In this document: one piece after another, positions 50,790 through 63,788 of the stretch
Layout: the number at the start of each line of letters is the position of its first letter
How positions within the stretch are numbered: position 1 is the first letter of the stretch
From: Candidatus Dormiibacterota bacterium
Lineage (GTDB): Bacteria > Chloroflexota > Dormibacteria > Aeolococcales > Aeolococcaceae
DNA length: 64,000 nt
Direction: 5' to 3'
NCBI GenBank assembly: GCA_963709585.1
Contig: CAVPXI010000023.1
Span: 64,001-128,000, forward strand
Translations under genes and position numbers: made by a program
Notes under the pieces: model-generated
Database searches by the model: none
What the model saw: only the letters and a program-made list of their open reading frames with translations
What the model was told of the DNA's origin: nothing

Positions 50790-51544
50790 GCGAGACGCGC
50801 GCGCTCGAAGGCAGGCGAGCCCTGGTGACCGGCGCATCGCGCGGCATCGGCAGGGCGACGGCGGTGGCGCTGGCGCGGGCGGGCGCGGCCGTGGCCGTGG
50901 GCTACTCGGCGCACCCGGAGGATGCCGAAGCCGTGGTCGCCGCGCTGAGCACCGACCACAATGCGATCGCCGTCGCGCTGGGCGCCGACCTCGCCGATCC
51001 GAGCGCCGCCGCGGGGCTCGTGGAACAGACCGTGAAGGCGCTCGGTGGGCTCGACATCGTTGTCAACAACGCCGGGATCGCTCGGGACAACCTGGCGATG
51101 CGCCTCAGCGACGACGACTGGGACGCGGTGATCGCCATCGATCTGACCGCAGCCTTCCACATCTGCCGCGCCGCGCTCCGGCCCATGCTCCGCCAGCGAT
51201 TCGGCCGCATCGTCAACGTTTCGAGCATCTCCGGTGTCATCGGCAACGCCGGACAGTCCAACTACTCGGCCGCGAAGGCCGGCCTGATCGGGCTCACCAA
51301 GTCGCTGGCGCGCGAGGTCGCGAGCCGCGACATCACCGTCAACGCGGTGGCCCCCGGTTTCATCGAAACCGAGATGACCACGTCGCTCGGTGACGCCGTC
51401 CGGGCGTCGGCGATCGCCGCGATTCCCAAGGGGCGGATGGGGACCGCGGACGAGGTCGCCGCAGCGATCGCCTTTCTCGTCCTGCCGGAGTCCGGGTACA
51501 TCACCGGTCACGTGCTCCACGTCGACGGCGGTCTCGCAGCGTGA
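50786..51544 (+). CDS. fabG: 3-oxoacyl-ACP reductase
   Basis: TGASRGIG, NNAG, YSAAK, VAPGFIET. Confidence 0.96.
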   Translation: MSETRALEGRRALVTGASRGIGRATAVALARAGAAVAVGYSAHPEDAEAVVAALSTDHNAIAVALGADLADPSAAAGLVEQTVKALGGLDIVVNNAGIARDNLAMRLSDDDWDAVIAIDLTAAFHICRAALRPMLRQRFGRIVNVSSISGVIGNAGQSNYSAAKAGLIGLTKSLAREVASRDITVNAVAPGFIETEMTTSLGDAVRASAIAAIPKGRMGTADEVAAAIAFLVLPESGYITGHVLHVDGGLAA

Positions 51545-51703
51545 GCGACGGCGGCGCCCCCGTTGACAGCGAAAGCCCACCGGAACGCATCATCGACGGC
51601 GCCTCGGGACCCTTCGCGTGGCGTCCCCCCGCTCCTGACGCTATCGTTTCGCCCCAGACTGATGCGGCACCTGCCGCAACCACCCAATCACAAGGAACGC
51701 CTG

Positions 51704-51952
51704 ATGCCAGATCTAACCTTCGACCGGTTCAAGGCGATCGTCGCCGATCAACTCGGCGTGGAGACCGAGCAGGTGACGCCGGAGGCGTCGTTCGTGGAGG
51801 ACCTGAACGCGGACTCGCTCGACCTGGTCGAGCTGATCATGGCGTTCGAGGAGGAGTACCAGATGGAGATCTCGGACGAGGACGCGGAGAAGATCGGGAC
51901 AGTCGGCCAAGCCTGGGACTACATCCAGGAGAAGGTGGGGGCGACAACCTAG
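51704..51952 (+). CDS. acpP: Acyl carrier protein
   Basis: [17 protein letters not shown]. Confidence 0.96.
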   Translation: MPDLTFDRFKAIVADQLGVETEQVTPEASFVEDLNADSLDLVELIMAFEEEYQMEISDEDAEKIGTVGQAWDYIQEKVGATT

Positions 51953-53153
51953 CCCCGCCGGCGCAGGCCCCGACGGCCGTCGCGCCGGCCAAAAGTCCGG
52001 CGGAAAAAGTCCGGCGGAAAAGAGCCCGGCGGCCGTTCGAGCGCCCAAGCAGCCGCCGGCGCCCAAGCAGACGCCGTCGCCGCTCGGAGAGGCGGACCTC
52101 GAGCGCCTGCGCGAGCTCCAGAAGCGGATCGGGATCCAGTTCCGCAACCAGGAGTTGCTCCGCGAGGCGATGACCCACGCCTCCTGGAACAACGAGCACG
52201 GCGAGCAGGCCGGCCCCGGGCATGACAACGAGCGGCTCGAGTACCTCGGCGACGCCGTCCTCGAGCTCGTGGTCGGCGATTACCTCTTCCGGCGCTTCCC
52301 CACGTACGACGAAGGTCAGCTGACCCAGCTCCGCGCCGCGCTGGTCAACACCACCTCGCTGGCACGCCTCGGCGAGCGCCTCGAGCTCGGCGAGACGCTG
52401 CTGATGGGACGGGGAGCGGTCAAGACGGGCGCCCGCAAGCTTCCCTCGCTGCTCGCGAACGCCTTCGAGGCGATGATCGGCGCCATCTTTCTCGACCAGG
52501 GCTACCGAGCGGCGACCAAGGTCTTCCTGCAGAACATCGGCGACCTCGCCGAGTGGAGCGACGAGAACTTCAAGGGCCAGCTCCAGCAGGCGTCGCAGGA
52601 CCGCACCGGGGACACCCCGCACTATCGGGTGGTCGCAACCGGCGGCCCCGGCCACAAGCGTGAGTACACCGCCGAGGTACTGCTCGGCGACCGGGTCGGT
52701 GGGACCGGGCGCGGTCCGACCAAACAGGCCGCCGAGCAGGCGGCCGCGCGCGATGCGCTCGACAAGCTGAGCGAGACCGGACGGGGCGGCGCTGCGGCCG
52801 CCGTTGGCGCGGCGCGCGACGCCGCCAAGACGGTGGCGTCGGAGCCTGCGCGTGTCCGCCGCCGCGTCGCCGAGGTCGCCGCGGATCGTGGCGCCACGCC
52901 GCGCCGTCGCCGCGGACGCTCTGGATCTCGTCCTGCCGACGCGCTGACCCCGACGGCTGAGACGTCGGCTCCGAAGCGGAGCCGGAGCCTGCTGACGACC
53001 CTGCGCCACGCCGCCGAGGCTCTCGTCGGTCGCCAGCCGGCGCCGCCGCAGCCACCCACGCCCGAGGCCGCCGCACCGCCCCCGCGCCGCCGTCGCGGGC
53101 GCCGGGGCGGTCGAGGCCGCGGCGGCGGGAGCACACCGACGGTCGAGCAGTGA
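51950..53153 (+). CDS. rnc: Ribonuclease III with low-complexity extensions; start uncertain, frameshift near 52010
   Basis: NERLEYLGDAVL, FEAMIGAIFLD, dsRBD KQAAEQAAA. Confidence 0.92.
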
Positions 53154-53232
53154 GCACCAGATCTTGGGGCCGGGAGATCACTCCGGCCCAAGATGTTGAC
53201 GTGCTGCGCTCCACACGTGGACAATCGGCCCG

Positions 53233-56200
53233 ATGAGGCTCCGGCGGATCACCCTGTCCGGGTTCAAGACGTTCGCGGCTCGCAGCGAGGTGCTCTTCGA
53301 CCCGGGGATCACCGCGATCGTCGGACCCAACGGGAGCGGCAAGAGCAACCTCGTCGATGCGGTGCGCTGGGCGCTCGGCGAGACCAACGCCCGCGAGCTG
53401 CGCGGACAGCGCATGGACGAGGTCATCTATGCCGGCGGCGGCGGCCGTCAGCGGATGGGCGTGGCCCAGGTCGAGCTGGTCATCGACAACGAGGAGGGCA
53501 CGCTGCCATCCGAGGACCCCGAGGTCTCGCTCAGCCGGCGGGTCGCGCGTGGGGACCGTGATACCGAATTCCGCATCAACGGCGATCACGCTCGCCTCCG
53601 TGACCTCGAGCGTCTGCTCGGCGGCACGGGGCTGACCCAGAACGGCTACGCGGTGGTTGTGCAGAACGATATCGACGGCATCATCGAGGCAACTCCGGCG
53701 CAGCGTAGGACGCTCGTTGAGCAGGCGGCCGGGGTCCGGGCATTGCGCGCGGCCTGCGAAGAGGCCTCGCGCCGGTTGGACGGCGCCGACGTCATTATTC
53801 GACGCCTGACCGACCTCCTCGACGACGCGGCTCCGCGGCTTGAGGAGTTGAGCGAACAGTCGGTCGCCGCAGTCGAGCTGCGCACCATGAGCCTCCGGCT
53901 TACCGAGCTGCGCGGGAGCCTCGCCCACGAGGAGTGGCGCGCCGCGAGAGCGAGCCTCAAGCTCGCCCGCCGGCGCCTGGAACAGGCGCTCGGGCGCTGC
54001 GAGGCCGCCGCCGAAGCGGACGCCGCGTTCACCAACCGGTCGGATGCGGCACGCCGGCGCCTCGAGGCGGCGCGTGCGGCTCGCGACCTGGCGGCGCGCC
54101 GGCTCGAGGACGCCCGCATCCAGGTCGAACGCGGGGAGGGTCTGCAGCGGCGTTACGCAGACCGGCTCCGCTCCGCGGTCGCCCAGCGCGGCGTGGCGGT
54201 CGCCGACCTGGACGCGATCGCGCCCGAGGTCCACGCGGCGACGGCGGCCCTCGCCGGCATCGACGCCGGCGATGAGCACCGCACCTGGGAGCTGCTCGAG
54301 CGCGAGGCGGCCGGCTCCGCGTCATGGCCACAGAGGCTGCCGCCGAGGCGGAGATCGAGGAGGAGCGCTTCGCGGCCGCTGCCGCCGCCCTCGCCGCTGC
54401 GGAGGCCGAGCTGACGGCCGCGGGCGCGGAGGGCCGCGGGGCGATCGTGCGAGCCGAACTGGCGACCGCAGCCGCGAACGCCCTTGTCGTCGAAGCCGAG
54501 ACCGCGGCGACGAACATCGCCGACCTCGGAACGTCGCTCGCCGCCCAACTGGCCGCGGCCAACGAGGCCGCGATGCAGGCTCGCCAGACGGCTGCGAAGG
54601 TTGGCGGCGCGCGCGCCGCCGTCGACGCCGCCTGGGAGGCTGTCAATGCCGCCGACCGGGCGGTCGCCGACGCGGCGGGCGAAGCTCGCCAGGCGCTGGC
54701 GACACTAGCCACGGCTCGGGGCCGCCTCAGTGGCGCCACCGCCGACGGCGGGATCGCGCGCGCCGTCGCCGCCGGATCGCTGAACGCTCGGCGCCTGGTC
54801 GACTGCCTGCGGGTCACCGACGATGCGCTCGCCGGCGCCGTGGCGGCGGCGCTGGAGGAGAACCTCGGGGCATGGGTGGTCGATGACCTCGGCGTTGCCG
54901 CAGCGTTCCTGGATCGCGAAGGACCGCGCGAACGGCTCATCCGCGCCGGCCTCGACGCGATCATCGAGCCGCCGGCGCCCGCGCCGTACACGCTTCTCTC
55001 CGGGGCGGTCAACGTCGCTGCCGGCGCGGCCGGCGCGGTGAGCCACCTGCTCCGCGGCGTGTGGGTCGCTCCTGACATGGAGTCGGCCGACCAGGCCTTC
55101 GCCCGTGGGGCGTCGCTCGCGGTCCTCCGCGACGGCACCGTCGTCTCGCCCTCGGGGCTGCGCGGCGGGCGCGCCGTCGACACCATCGAGCTGGCTCGCG
55201 AGGAACGCGTGGCGGCGGCCAACGCCGAGCGCGCCGAGCGAGTCGAAGCCTCGGCGGTTGCCGCGGCGGCCAACGCCCGCGATCGCCTCAACGACCTGGA
55301 CCAGGCGCTCTCCGTGGCCGTGGACGCCGATCGCGCGGCGCGCGCAGCCGAGGCGGCGGCCGCGGCACTCGCCGTCGGCGCCCGGCAGGCGCTCGACGCG
55401 GCCACTGTCGCGGCGGAGCGCGCCGCGGCACTGCTGGTCACTCGCAGAGCCGAAGCGAGCGCGGCGATCGAGGCGCAATCGGTCGCCGATCATCAGCTGG
55501 CGGCGATCGGCGAGCGCCACACCGCGCTCGAGACGGCGGCCGGCGTCGCGGCGGCGCAGGCTCGCCAGGGTCGCGCCGCGGCCGAGACCGCCAGACTGGC
55601 GGCCGACGAGGCCGAGCTCGTGCTCTCCCGCGCGAAGGCCGAGGGCGCCCACGTCGAGGAGCGGCGCGAGGCCGCCCGCCGGGCTCTCGACGCCGCGCGG
55701 TCGCGCCTGGCCGCGGCCGAGACCAGACGGCTCATCGCCGAGGGGGAGGCGCTCGCCGCGATCGTGCACGGCCTCCGGGGCCGGGCCGAGGCCGCGGCCG
55801 CGGCGCTCGAGCTGTCAGCCGCCCAGCAGGAGCACGACCTCGTCGCCTTGCCCATCGCTGAGCTCGAGCTCGCCGTGCTCGCGCTCGAGACCGAGCACGC
55901 AGAGGTCGCCGTGGCGGTGGCGCGAGCGGGGGACGAGCTCCAGGCCGCCGAGCACGAGGTCACCGCCTGCGAAGCCGCGGTCGCCGAGCATGCGGATACG
56001 GTTCGCGATCTGAGTGACGACAACTCCGGTGAGCTTGATCCTGCCGCGGCGGAACGTGCCGAGCGCGAGATCATCCGCCTCGAGCGTCGCATCGCCGCGC
56101 TCGGTGCCGTCAACGCGCTCGCACCCGAGCAGCACGAGGCGCTCGGCGCGCGGGTGATCACCATCGCCACGCAGCGGGACGACCTGGCCGGAGCTGGCGC

Positions 56201-56783
56201 CAACGTGCGCGCCATGGCTCGCCAGCTCGAGCGCGAGATCGAAAAGCGATTCGACACGGTGTTCGGCGCCGTCTCGTTCCACTTCCAGGAGCTCTACGCG
56301 GAGCTGTTCCCGGGAGGCAGGGCAACGCTGCGCCTCGAGGATCCCGAGCCACCGTCCCTCGACCTCGAGGGTGAGGGGCCGCCCCCGGCGGAGCGTCGCC
56401 CCGGCGTCGAGATCCTCGCCCAACCGCCGGGCAAGCGTCAGACCCCGCTTCGGTCGCTCAGCGGCGGCGAGCGCGCCCTGACCGCGCTCGCCGTGGTGCT
56501 GGCCCTGCAACAGGTGAATCCCAGCCCGTTCTACGTCTTCGACGAGGTCGACGCCGCCCTCGACGACAGCAACGTGCTCCGCTTCACCAGGCTGCTGCGC
56601 CGGCTCGGTGCGAGGCAGCAGTTCCTCGTGGTGACCCACAACCACCTCACCATGGCCGCGGCCGACGCGCTCTGGGGCGTGACCATCGACGCCGATGGCA
56701 CGAGCTCGGTGCTCGGGGTCCGGTTCGACGAGGCGGAGTCCATGGCCACCCCGACGGCCGCGCTGCACCGGGTGGCGGGATGA
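53233..56783 (+). CDS. smc: Chromosome segregation protein SMC, frameshift near 54320
   Basis: GFKTF, GPNGSGKSN, Ala-rich coiled coils, LSGGE, FDEVDAALD. Confidence 0.93.
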
Positions 56784-56807
56784 TCCCGACGATCGCCGAG
56801 CCCCGCG

Positions 56808-57758
56808 ATGCCTGACGAGGTCGTCGCCCCGGTTCGGCGAAGCGCGTGGTGGCGACGCGTGTCCGGCCGCATGGACCAGGCGTCGAGTGCCTTCAGCGCC
56901 GAGATGCACGGGCTCGCGCTCCCGGGACGAAAGCTCGACGACGCCTTCTACGACGACCTCACCGAGGTGCTCATCGCCGCCGACTGCGGCGTCGAGCTGT
57001 CCGAACGCCTCACGGCCGCGCTCCGCCAGCGGGCACGGCGCGAGAAGCTCGGCGATGCGGCCGAGGCGATCGCGGCGCTCAAGGCGGAGATCCTCTCGGT
57101 CATGGGCGCCTATGACCGCTCGCTCAGGCTCACCGAGGTGCCGAGCGTGATCCTCGTCGTGGGGGTCAACGGGAGCGGCAAGACGACCACGATCGGCAAG
57201 CTCGCGTACCGCCTGCGCGAGGAGGGTCGGACCTCGCTGATCGCCGCAGCCGACACGTACCGGGCTGCCGCGATCGACCAGATGCGCGTCTGGGCGGATC
57301 GCGCCGGCACCGACATAGTCGCCCATCAGCCCGGCGCCGACCCCGGTGCGGTGGTGTACGACGCCATCCAGGCCGCCCAGGCTCGACGCATCGACGTGGT
57401 CCTGGTCGACACCGCGGGGCGCCTGCACACCAAGGTCAACCTCATGGCGGAGCTGGGCAAGATCCGCCGGGTGGTCGAGCGGCTGCTGCCCGAGGCGCCC
57501 CAAGAGGTGCTCCTGGTCGTCGACGCGACCACGGGTATGAACGCGATGCGCCAGGCGCTCGCCTTCCACGAGACGACCAGGCTGACCGGGCTGGTGATCA
57601 CCAAGCTCGACGGCAGCGCGCGCGGCGGGACGCTGCTGGCAGTGGAGGAGCAGCTCAAGGTGCCCGTCAAGCTCGTCGGCCTTGGCGAGGGCCTCGACGA
57701 TCTCAATGTCTTCGACCCCGCCGCCTACCTCGACGCTATCTTCGGCTCTTCCCCTTGA
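56808..57758 (+). CDS. ftsY: SRP receptor FtsY
   Basis: GVNGSGKTTTIGKLA, DTAGRL, TKLDGSARGG. Confidence 0.97.
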   Translation: MPDEVVAPVRRSAWWRRVSGRMDQASSAFSAEMHGLALPGRKLDDAFYDDLTEVLIAADCGVELSERLTAALRQRARREKLGDAAEAIAALKAEILSVMGAYDRSLRLTEVPSVILVVGVNGSGKTTTIGKLAYRLREEGRTSLIAAADTYRAAAIDQMRVWADRAGTDIVAHQPGADPGAVVYDAIQAAQARRIDVVLVDTAGRLHTKVNLMAELGKIRRVVERLLPEAPQEVLLVVDATTGMNAMRQALAFHETTRLTGLVITKLDGSARGGTLLAVEEQLKVPVKLVGLGEGLDDLNVFDPAAYLDAIFGSSP

Positions 57759-57783
57759 CATGGTGGTGAGTACTCACTACCAT
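57755..57783 (+). promoter_or_regulatory. Sigma70 promoter enclosing a palindromic TetR operator
   Basis: TTGACA-N17-TACCAT around TGGTGAGTACTCACTA (57764-57779). Confidence 0.75.
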
Positions 57784-57791
57784 ACTGATTC

Positions 57792-58364
57792 ATGACCCCG
57801 ACCGCCGCCCCCGAGCGCCTCACCGCCCCCGAACGTCGCGAGCAGATCCTCGAAGCCGCAGTGACCGTTTTTGCGGAGCGCGGGTACGAGGGTGCCTCCA
57901 CCGACGTGATCGCGCGCATGGCCGGCATCTCGCAGCCGTATCTCTTCCGCCTCTTCGGCACCAAGCGCGAGTTGATCATCGCCACCATCAAGCGCTGCTT
58001 CGCCGACACCGAGTTGCTCTTCCTTCTCGCCGCCGACGGGCTCGCGGGTGAGGAGGCGCTCGCTGCGATGGGGGAGGCGTACATCGACGAGATCCGGAGA
58101 AGCCCGCTCAGGTTGCGTGCTCAGCTGCAGTCGTACGCGGCGTGCGACGACGCGGCGATTCGGGCCGTGGTCGCCGCGGGGTTCGGCGAGCTCGTACGCC
58201 TGGCGGGACAGCTGACCGGTCTCGACTCGACGCGGCTGAGCTCGTTCTTCGCCCAGGGGATGCTGCTCAACGTCCTCGCGATGATGGGTCAGATCGACGA
58301 GCCCCAGGCATGGGCGATGCGGCTCATCGAAGGCTGCGCGATGAACGCGAAGTTGGGCATGTAA
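57792..58364 (+). CDS. TetR family regulator
   Basis: ILEAAVTVFAERGY, IARMAGISQPYLFRLFGTK. Confidence 0.93.
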   Translation: MTPTAAPERLTAPERREQILEAAVTVFAERGYEGASTDVIARMAGISQPYLFRLFGTKRELIIATIKRCFADTELLFLLAADGLAGEEALAAMGEAYIDEIRRSPLRLRAQLQSYAACDDAAIRAVVAAGFGELVRLAGQLTGLDSTRLSSFFAQGMLLNVLAMMGQIDEPQAWAMRLIEGCAMNAKLGM

Positions 58365-58392
58365 TGGCCGCATTTTTTTTGCCCCTCGATGT

Positions 58393-58408
58393 GAGTGAGT
58401 AATCACTA
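58393..58408. promoter_or_regulatory. Second TetR operator upstream of the MFS gene
   Basis: GAGTGAGTAATCACTA, near match to 57764-57779. Confidence 0.7.
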
Positions 58409-58453
58409 GAACACGGTAGCGAACAGAACAACATGTCAAGGAGGAACGGCATC

Positions 58454-59869
58454 ATGGCTCGACGGTCTGCGGTCATCTGGACATTTGCGATCACCTCGAT
58501 TGCGTTGTTCATGGTCACCCTCGACAACCTGGTTGTGACCACCGCGCTGCCGGTGATCCGGCACGATCTCAACGCCAACCTGCAGCAGTTGGAGTGGACG
58601 ATCAACGCGTACACGCTGACCTTTGCGGTCCTTCTGCTCACCGGCGCCGCGCTCGGCGATCGCTTCGGCCGGCGTCGAATCTTCTCAATCGGCCTCGCCA
58701 TCTTCACGGTCGGTTCGGCCGCGTCCGCGCTGGCGACGAGTCCGACCATGCTGATCGTCGCGCGTGCCGTGCAGGGAGCAGGCGCCGCGATGGTGACACC
58801 ATTGACACTAACCATCCTGAGTGCCGCGGTGCCGGCGAATCGTCGCGGGGTCGCGCTCGGCGCCTGGGGAGGCATCGGTGGCCTCGCGGTCGCGGTCGGA
58901 CCGATCGTCGGTGGCGCCATCGTCCAGGGCATCTCCTGGCACTGGATCTTCTGGGTGAACGTCCCGATCGGCTTGCTGCTCGCGCCGCTGGCGCGCATCC
59001 GGTTGAGTGAGACGCGTGGCGCCGACCGCCATCTCGACCTGGGCGGTCTGGTGATTGCCAGCGGTGGCCTGTTCGCGATCGTCTGGGGCCTGGTCCGGGC
59101 CAATCAGCAGGGATGGACGAGCCCGGAGATCCTCGGGACGCTCGCCGTCGGCATCGCCCTGATGGTGGGGTTCGTCATCTATGAGCTCCGCTCGCGCGCG
59201 CCGATGCTGCCCATCCGCTACTTCAACAACCGGACCTTCAGTGGTGCCAACGCCGCCTCGCTGTTCATGTTCTTCGGCATGTTCGGCAGCGTCTTCCTGC
59301 TCGCTCAGTTCTTCCAGACGGTGCAGGGACTCTCGCCGCTGAGTGCGGGATTGCGAATCCTTCCGTGGACGGCGATGCCGATCATCGTGGCGCCGGCCGC
59401 GGGTGCGCTCTCCGACCGCATCAACGGGCGCACGCTGATGGCGATCGGCCTGGCGCTTCAGGCCACCGGGCTCATCTGGATCGGCCACGTCGTGACCCCC
59501 ACGGCGCCGTACTCGGCATTCATCGTGCCCTTCATCCTCAGCGGTATCGGCATGGGCATGTTCTTCGCACCGGTGGCGAACGTTGTGCTCGGTTCGGTGC
59601 GGGCCAGCGAGGAGGGGAAGGCGTCGGGCGCGAACAACGCCATCCGAGAGCTCGGCGGCGTGCTCGGCGTGACCGTGCTCGCATCCATCTTCGCCCACTG
59701 GGGCGGCTACGTCTCCGGGGCGAGCTTCGTGGCGGGACTCACTCCCGCGGTCACCGTCGGCGGGGCGGTGGTTGCGGTGGGAGCGGTCGCGGCAGCGTTG
59801 ATTCCCGCGCGCAAGCGGGTGGCGTCAGCCGAGACCGCACCGCGGATCGAGGAACCCGTCGCCGCGTAA
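58454..59869 (+). CDS. DHA2 (EmrB/QacA) MFS efflux transporter
   Basis: LDNLVVTTALP, GDRFGRRR, WHWIFWVNVPIG. Confidence 0.94.
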   Translation: MARRSAVIWTFAITSIALFMVTLDNLVVTTALPVIRHDLNANLQQLEWTINAYTLTFAVLLLTGAALGDRFGRRRIFSIGLAIFTVGSAASALATSPTMLIVARAVQGAGAAMVTPLTLTILSAAVPANRRGVALGAWGGIGGLAVAVGPIVGGAIVQGISWHWIFWVNVPIGLLLAPLARIRLSETRGADRHLDLGGLVIASGGLFAIVWGLVRANQQGWTSPEILGTLAVGIALMVGFVIYELRSRAPMLPIRYFNNRTFSGANAASLFMFFGMFGSVFLLAQFFQTVQGLSPLSAGLRILPWTAMPIIVAPAAGALSDRINGRTLMAIGLALQATGLIWIGHVVTPTAPYSAFIVPFILSGIGMGMFFAPVANVVLGSVRASEEGKASGANNAIRELGGVLGVTVLASIFAHWGGYVSGASFVAGLTPAVTVGGAVVAVGAVAAALIPARKRVASAETAPRIEEPVAA

Positions 59870-59989
59870 GGCGACTCAGCCTGGAAGCCGGCGGCCCGAG
59901 CGTCGGTGGTGTTGCGCCACGGAGTTCGGTCGCCGGCTTCGGCATGTCCTGGCGGCCAATTCGGACGGATCGGGTAGCATGTCAAGGTC

Positions 59990-60313
59990 TTGCCCTTGAC
60001 AGATCGCTCCGTCGCCCCCCAAGCGCTCTCCTCGCGCGTCTTGCAGGAGCGCCTGCTCGACGTCTACGGCGCCATGCTCACCGAGCACCAGCGCGATGCG
60101 TGCCGGCTCCACCTTCACGAGGACTGGTCGTTCACGGAGCTGGCCGAGCACTTCGCCTGCACGCGCAGCGGCGCACACGATCTCGTCCGACGCGCGCTGG
60201 CGCAGCTCGAGCATTTCGAGGAGCGCCTCGGCCACGCAGCGGAGCTCGACCGCCGTGACCGCATCGAGGCCGGCCTCCGCGCCCGCCTCGCCACGACGCC
60301 GGTGAGCGCCTGA
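59990..60313 (+). CDS. ylxM: YlxM-like HTH protein
   Basis: LLDVYGAMLTEHQ, EDWSFTELAE, directly upstream of ffh. Confidence 0.85.
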   Translation: MPLTDRSVAPQALSSRVLQERLLDVYGAMLTEHQRDACRLHLHEDWSFTELAEHFACTRSGAHDLVRRALAQLEHFEERLGHAAELDRRDRIEAGLRARLATTPVSA

Positions 60314-60315
60314 CC

Positions 60316-61702
<1,387 letters not shown>

Positions 61703-61715
61703 AAGGAGCACGACA

Positions 61716-62318
61716 TTGGTCAAGATCAGGTTGAAGCGAATGGGCACCACCAAACGCCCGGTGTACCGGCTGGTGGTCGCGGATTCGCGCAGCCCGCGCG
61801 ACGGCAGATTCATCGAGTCGATCGGCTTCTACGACCCACTGCCCAATCCGGCGGTGGTGACCATCGACGCCGAGCGCGTGCAGCTCTGGTTGCGCCGCGG
61901 CGCACGTCCAAGCGACAGCGCGCGCCAACTCCTTGTCAAAGAAGGCATTCTCGCCGCGCGTCCCTTCAAGATCACCCCTCGAGTCACACCCCCCGAGCCC
62001 GAAACTCCGGCAAAGGAACCCGCCGCCACCGCCGCCGCGGCTGCACCAGCAGCAGAGGTTGAGACCGCTCCCGTCGCCGCCGACGATGCAGTCGAACCAG
62101 CAGCCGAGACCGAGACAGCAGCTTCCCTTGCCGCCGATGATGCAACGGCGCCTGCAGCCCCGGATGAGCCGGCGATAGATGAGCCGTCCCCACTATCGGG
62201 CGAAGCGGCACCAGACGAGGCGGGTGGCGTCGCGGGGGGGAGCCCCGACGCGCCAAAAGCGCGGCGGGGAGGGGTCCCCGCGACGACAGGACCCGCCGCC
62301 CAATCCGAGGACGCATGA
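61716..62318 (+). CDS. rpsP: 30S ribosomal protein S16 with acidic Ala/Pro tail
   Basis: [27 protein letters not shown]. Confidence 0.96.
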   Translation: MVKIRLKRMGTTKRPVYRLVVADSRSPRDGRFIESIGFYDPLPNPAVVTIDAERVQLWLRRGARPSDSARQLLVKEGILAARPFKITPRVTPPEPETPAKEPAATAAAAAPAAEVETAPVAADDAVEPAAETETAASLAADDATAPAAPDEPAIDEPSPLSGEAAPDEAGGVAGGSPDAPKARRGGVPATTGPAAQSEDA

Positions 62319-62560
62319 CCGACTACGCAGACCTCACAAGATTCATCGCCGAGCGAATCGTCTCCAATCCCGCGGCCGTCACCGTCGACTCACGTCCCCG
62401 AGGCCGGAGCACGATCGTCACGCTGCATGTCGCTGAACAGGACATGGGCAAGCTCATCGGCAAGACCGGACGCAACATCGAGGCCGTGCGCGCGGTGGTG
62501 CGCGCCGCGGGGTTGCGTCATCACCAGCGCGTGCAGGTGGAGTTGAAAGACCTGCGGTGA
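62315..62560 (+). CDS. khpA: KH-domain RNA-binding protein
   Basis: [13 protein letters not shown] between rpsP and rimM. Confidence 0.9.
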   Translation: MTDYADLTRFIAERIVSNPAAVTVDSRPRGRSTIVTLHVAEQDMGKLIGKTGRNIEAVRAVVRAAGLRHHQRVQVELKDLR

Positions 62561-63081
62561 CCGGCAGCCGTCCTTCCGCCCCAGCCAAGCTGCGCGCCGC
62601 GCAGGTCCTTCGCGCGCACGGCGTGCGCGGGGAGGTACGGGCTGAGCCGATCGGCGGCGACCCGAGCCGTTTCACCCCCGGCACGAAGCTCGAGACCGAG
62701 GACGGCGCGCGATCGCTCACGGTGCGCACGGCGCGACCGGGACCGGGAAACGCGGTGCTCCTCGGCTTCGACGAGATCACCTCCGCAAACGATGCCGCGC
62801 TGCTGCGCGGTGTCTACCTCTGCGTCGATGTCGAGGCGGCGCGCCCGCTCCCCGACGGCGAATGGTTCGTCTGGCAGCTCGTCGGGCTCCGCGTGCTCGA
62901 CACCAGCGGCGCCGACGTCGGCATCGTCGACGATGTCGAAGCGGGTGTGGGCAACGATGTGCTGGTCATCCGCGACGACACCGGCGTGCACCGGTTGCCC
63001 ATGGCGCGTGATTACGTAACCGCCGTCGAGGTCGCGTCGGGCACGATCACGGTCACGCCGTGGACCGAGGAGACGGTGTGA
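62557..63081 (+). CDS. rimM: Ribosome maturation factor RimM
   Basis: AHGVRGEV, LVGLRV, GNDVLVI. Confidence 0.92.
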   Translation: MTGSRPSAPAKLRAAQVLRAHGVRGEVRAEPIGGDPSRFTPGTKLETEDGARSLTVRTARPGPGNAVLLGFDEITSANDAALLRGVYLCVDVEAARPLPDGEWFVWQLVGLRVLDTSGADVGIVDDVEAGVGNDVLVIRDDTGVHRLPMARDYVTAVEVASGTITVTPWTEETV

Positions 63082-63788
63082 TCCGCTTTCACGTGCTCAC
63101 GATCTTCCCCGAGGTATTCCCGGGTCCTCTTGGTATCGGTGTGGTCGGGCGCGCGCTCGCAGCCGGCGACGTCGACCTGCGAGTGCACGACCTGCGCGAG
63201 CACACCGAGGGCCGGCATCGCCAGGTGGACGACGAGCCGTTCGGTGGCGGTGCGGGCATGGTGTTCAAGCCCGAACCGGTGATTCGCGCGGTGCGCGCGC
63301 TGCGTGACGCCGAGCCCGACGTCCGCTGCATCCTGCTCTCACCCCAGGGGCGGTTATTCGACCAGGGCGTCGCTCGTGAGCTTGCCGCGGAGCGCTCGGT
63401 GCTGCTCGTCTGCGGCCGGTACCAGGGCGTCGATCAGCGTGCGCGCGACGAGATCGGCGAGGAGCTGTCCGTCGGGGACTACGTGCTCAGCGGCGGTGAG
63501 GTCGCTGCAATGGCCGTCATCGAGGCGAGCGCCCGGCTCGTGCCCGGCGTCGTCGGTTCTCCGGAATCACTTGGTGACGAGACATTCTCGGATGGTGCCG
63601 GTGGCGGCTTCGAGGCACCGCTGTACACACGCCCGGCCGACTTCGAAGGACGGTCGGTGCCCGATGTCCTGCGCGAGGGCAATCACGCTGCGATCGCGGC
63701 GTGGCGTCGCGACGAAAGCACGAGACGGACCGGGCTGCAGCGCCCCGATCTGATACGGTCTGGCCCAAGGCCCGGAGGAACAACGTGA
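63078..63788 (+). CDS. trmD: tRNA m1G37 methyltransferase
   Basis: [32 protein letters not shown]. Confidence 0.96.
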   Translation: MIRFHVLTIFPEVFPGPLGIGVVGRALAAGDVDLRVHDLREHTEGRHRQVDDEPFGGGAGMVFKPEPVIRAVRALRDAEPDVRCILLSPQGRLFDQGVARELAAERSVLLVCGRYQGVDQRARDEIGEELSVGDYVLSGGEVAAMAVIEASARLVPGVVGSPESLGDETFSDGAGGGFEAPLYTRPADFEGRSVPDVLREGNHAAIAAWRRDESTRRTGLQRPDLIRSGPRPGGTT

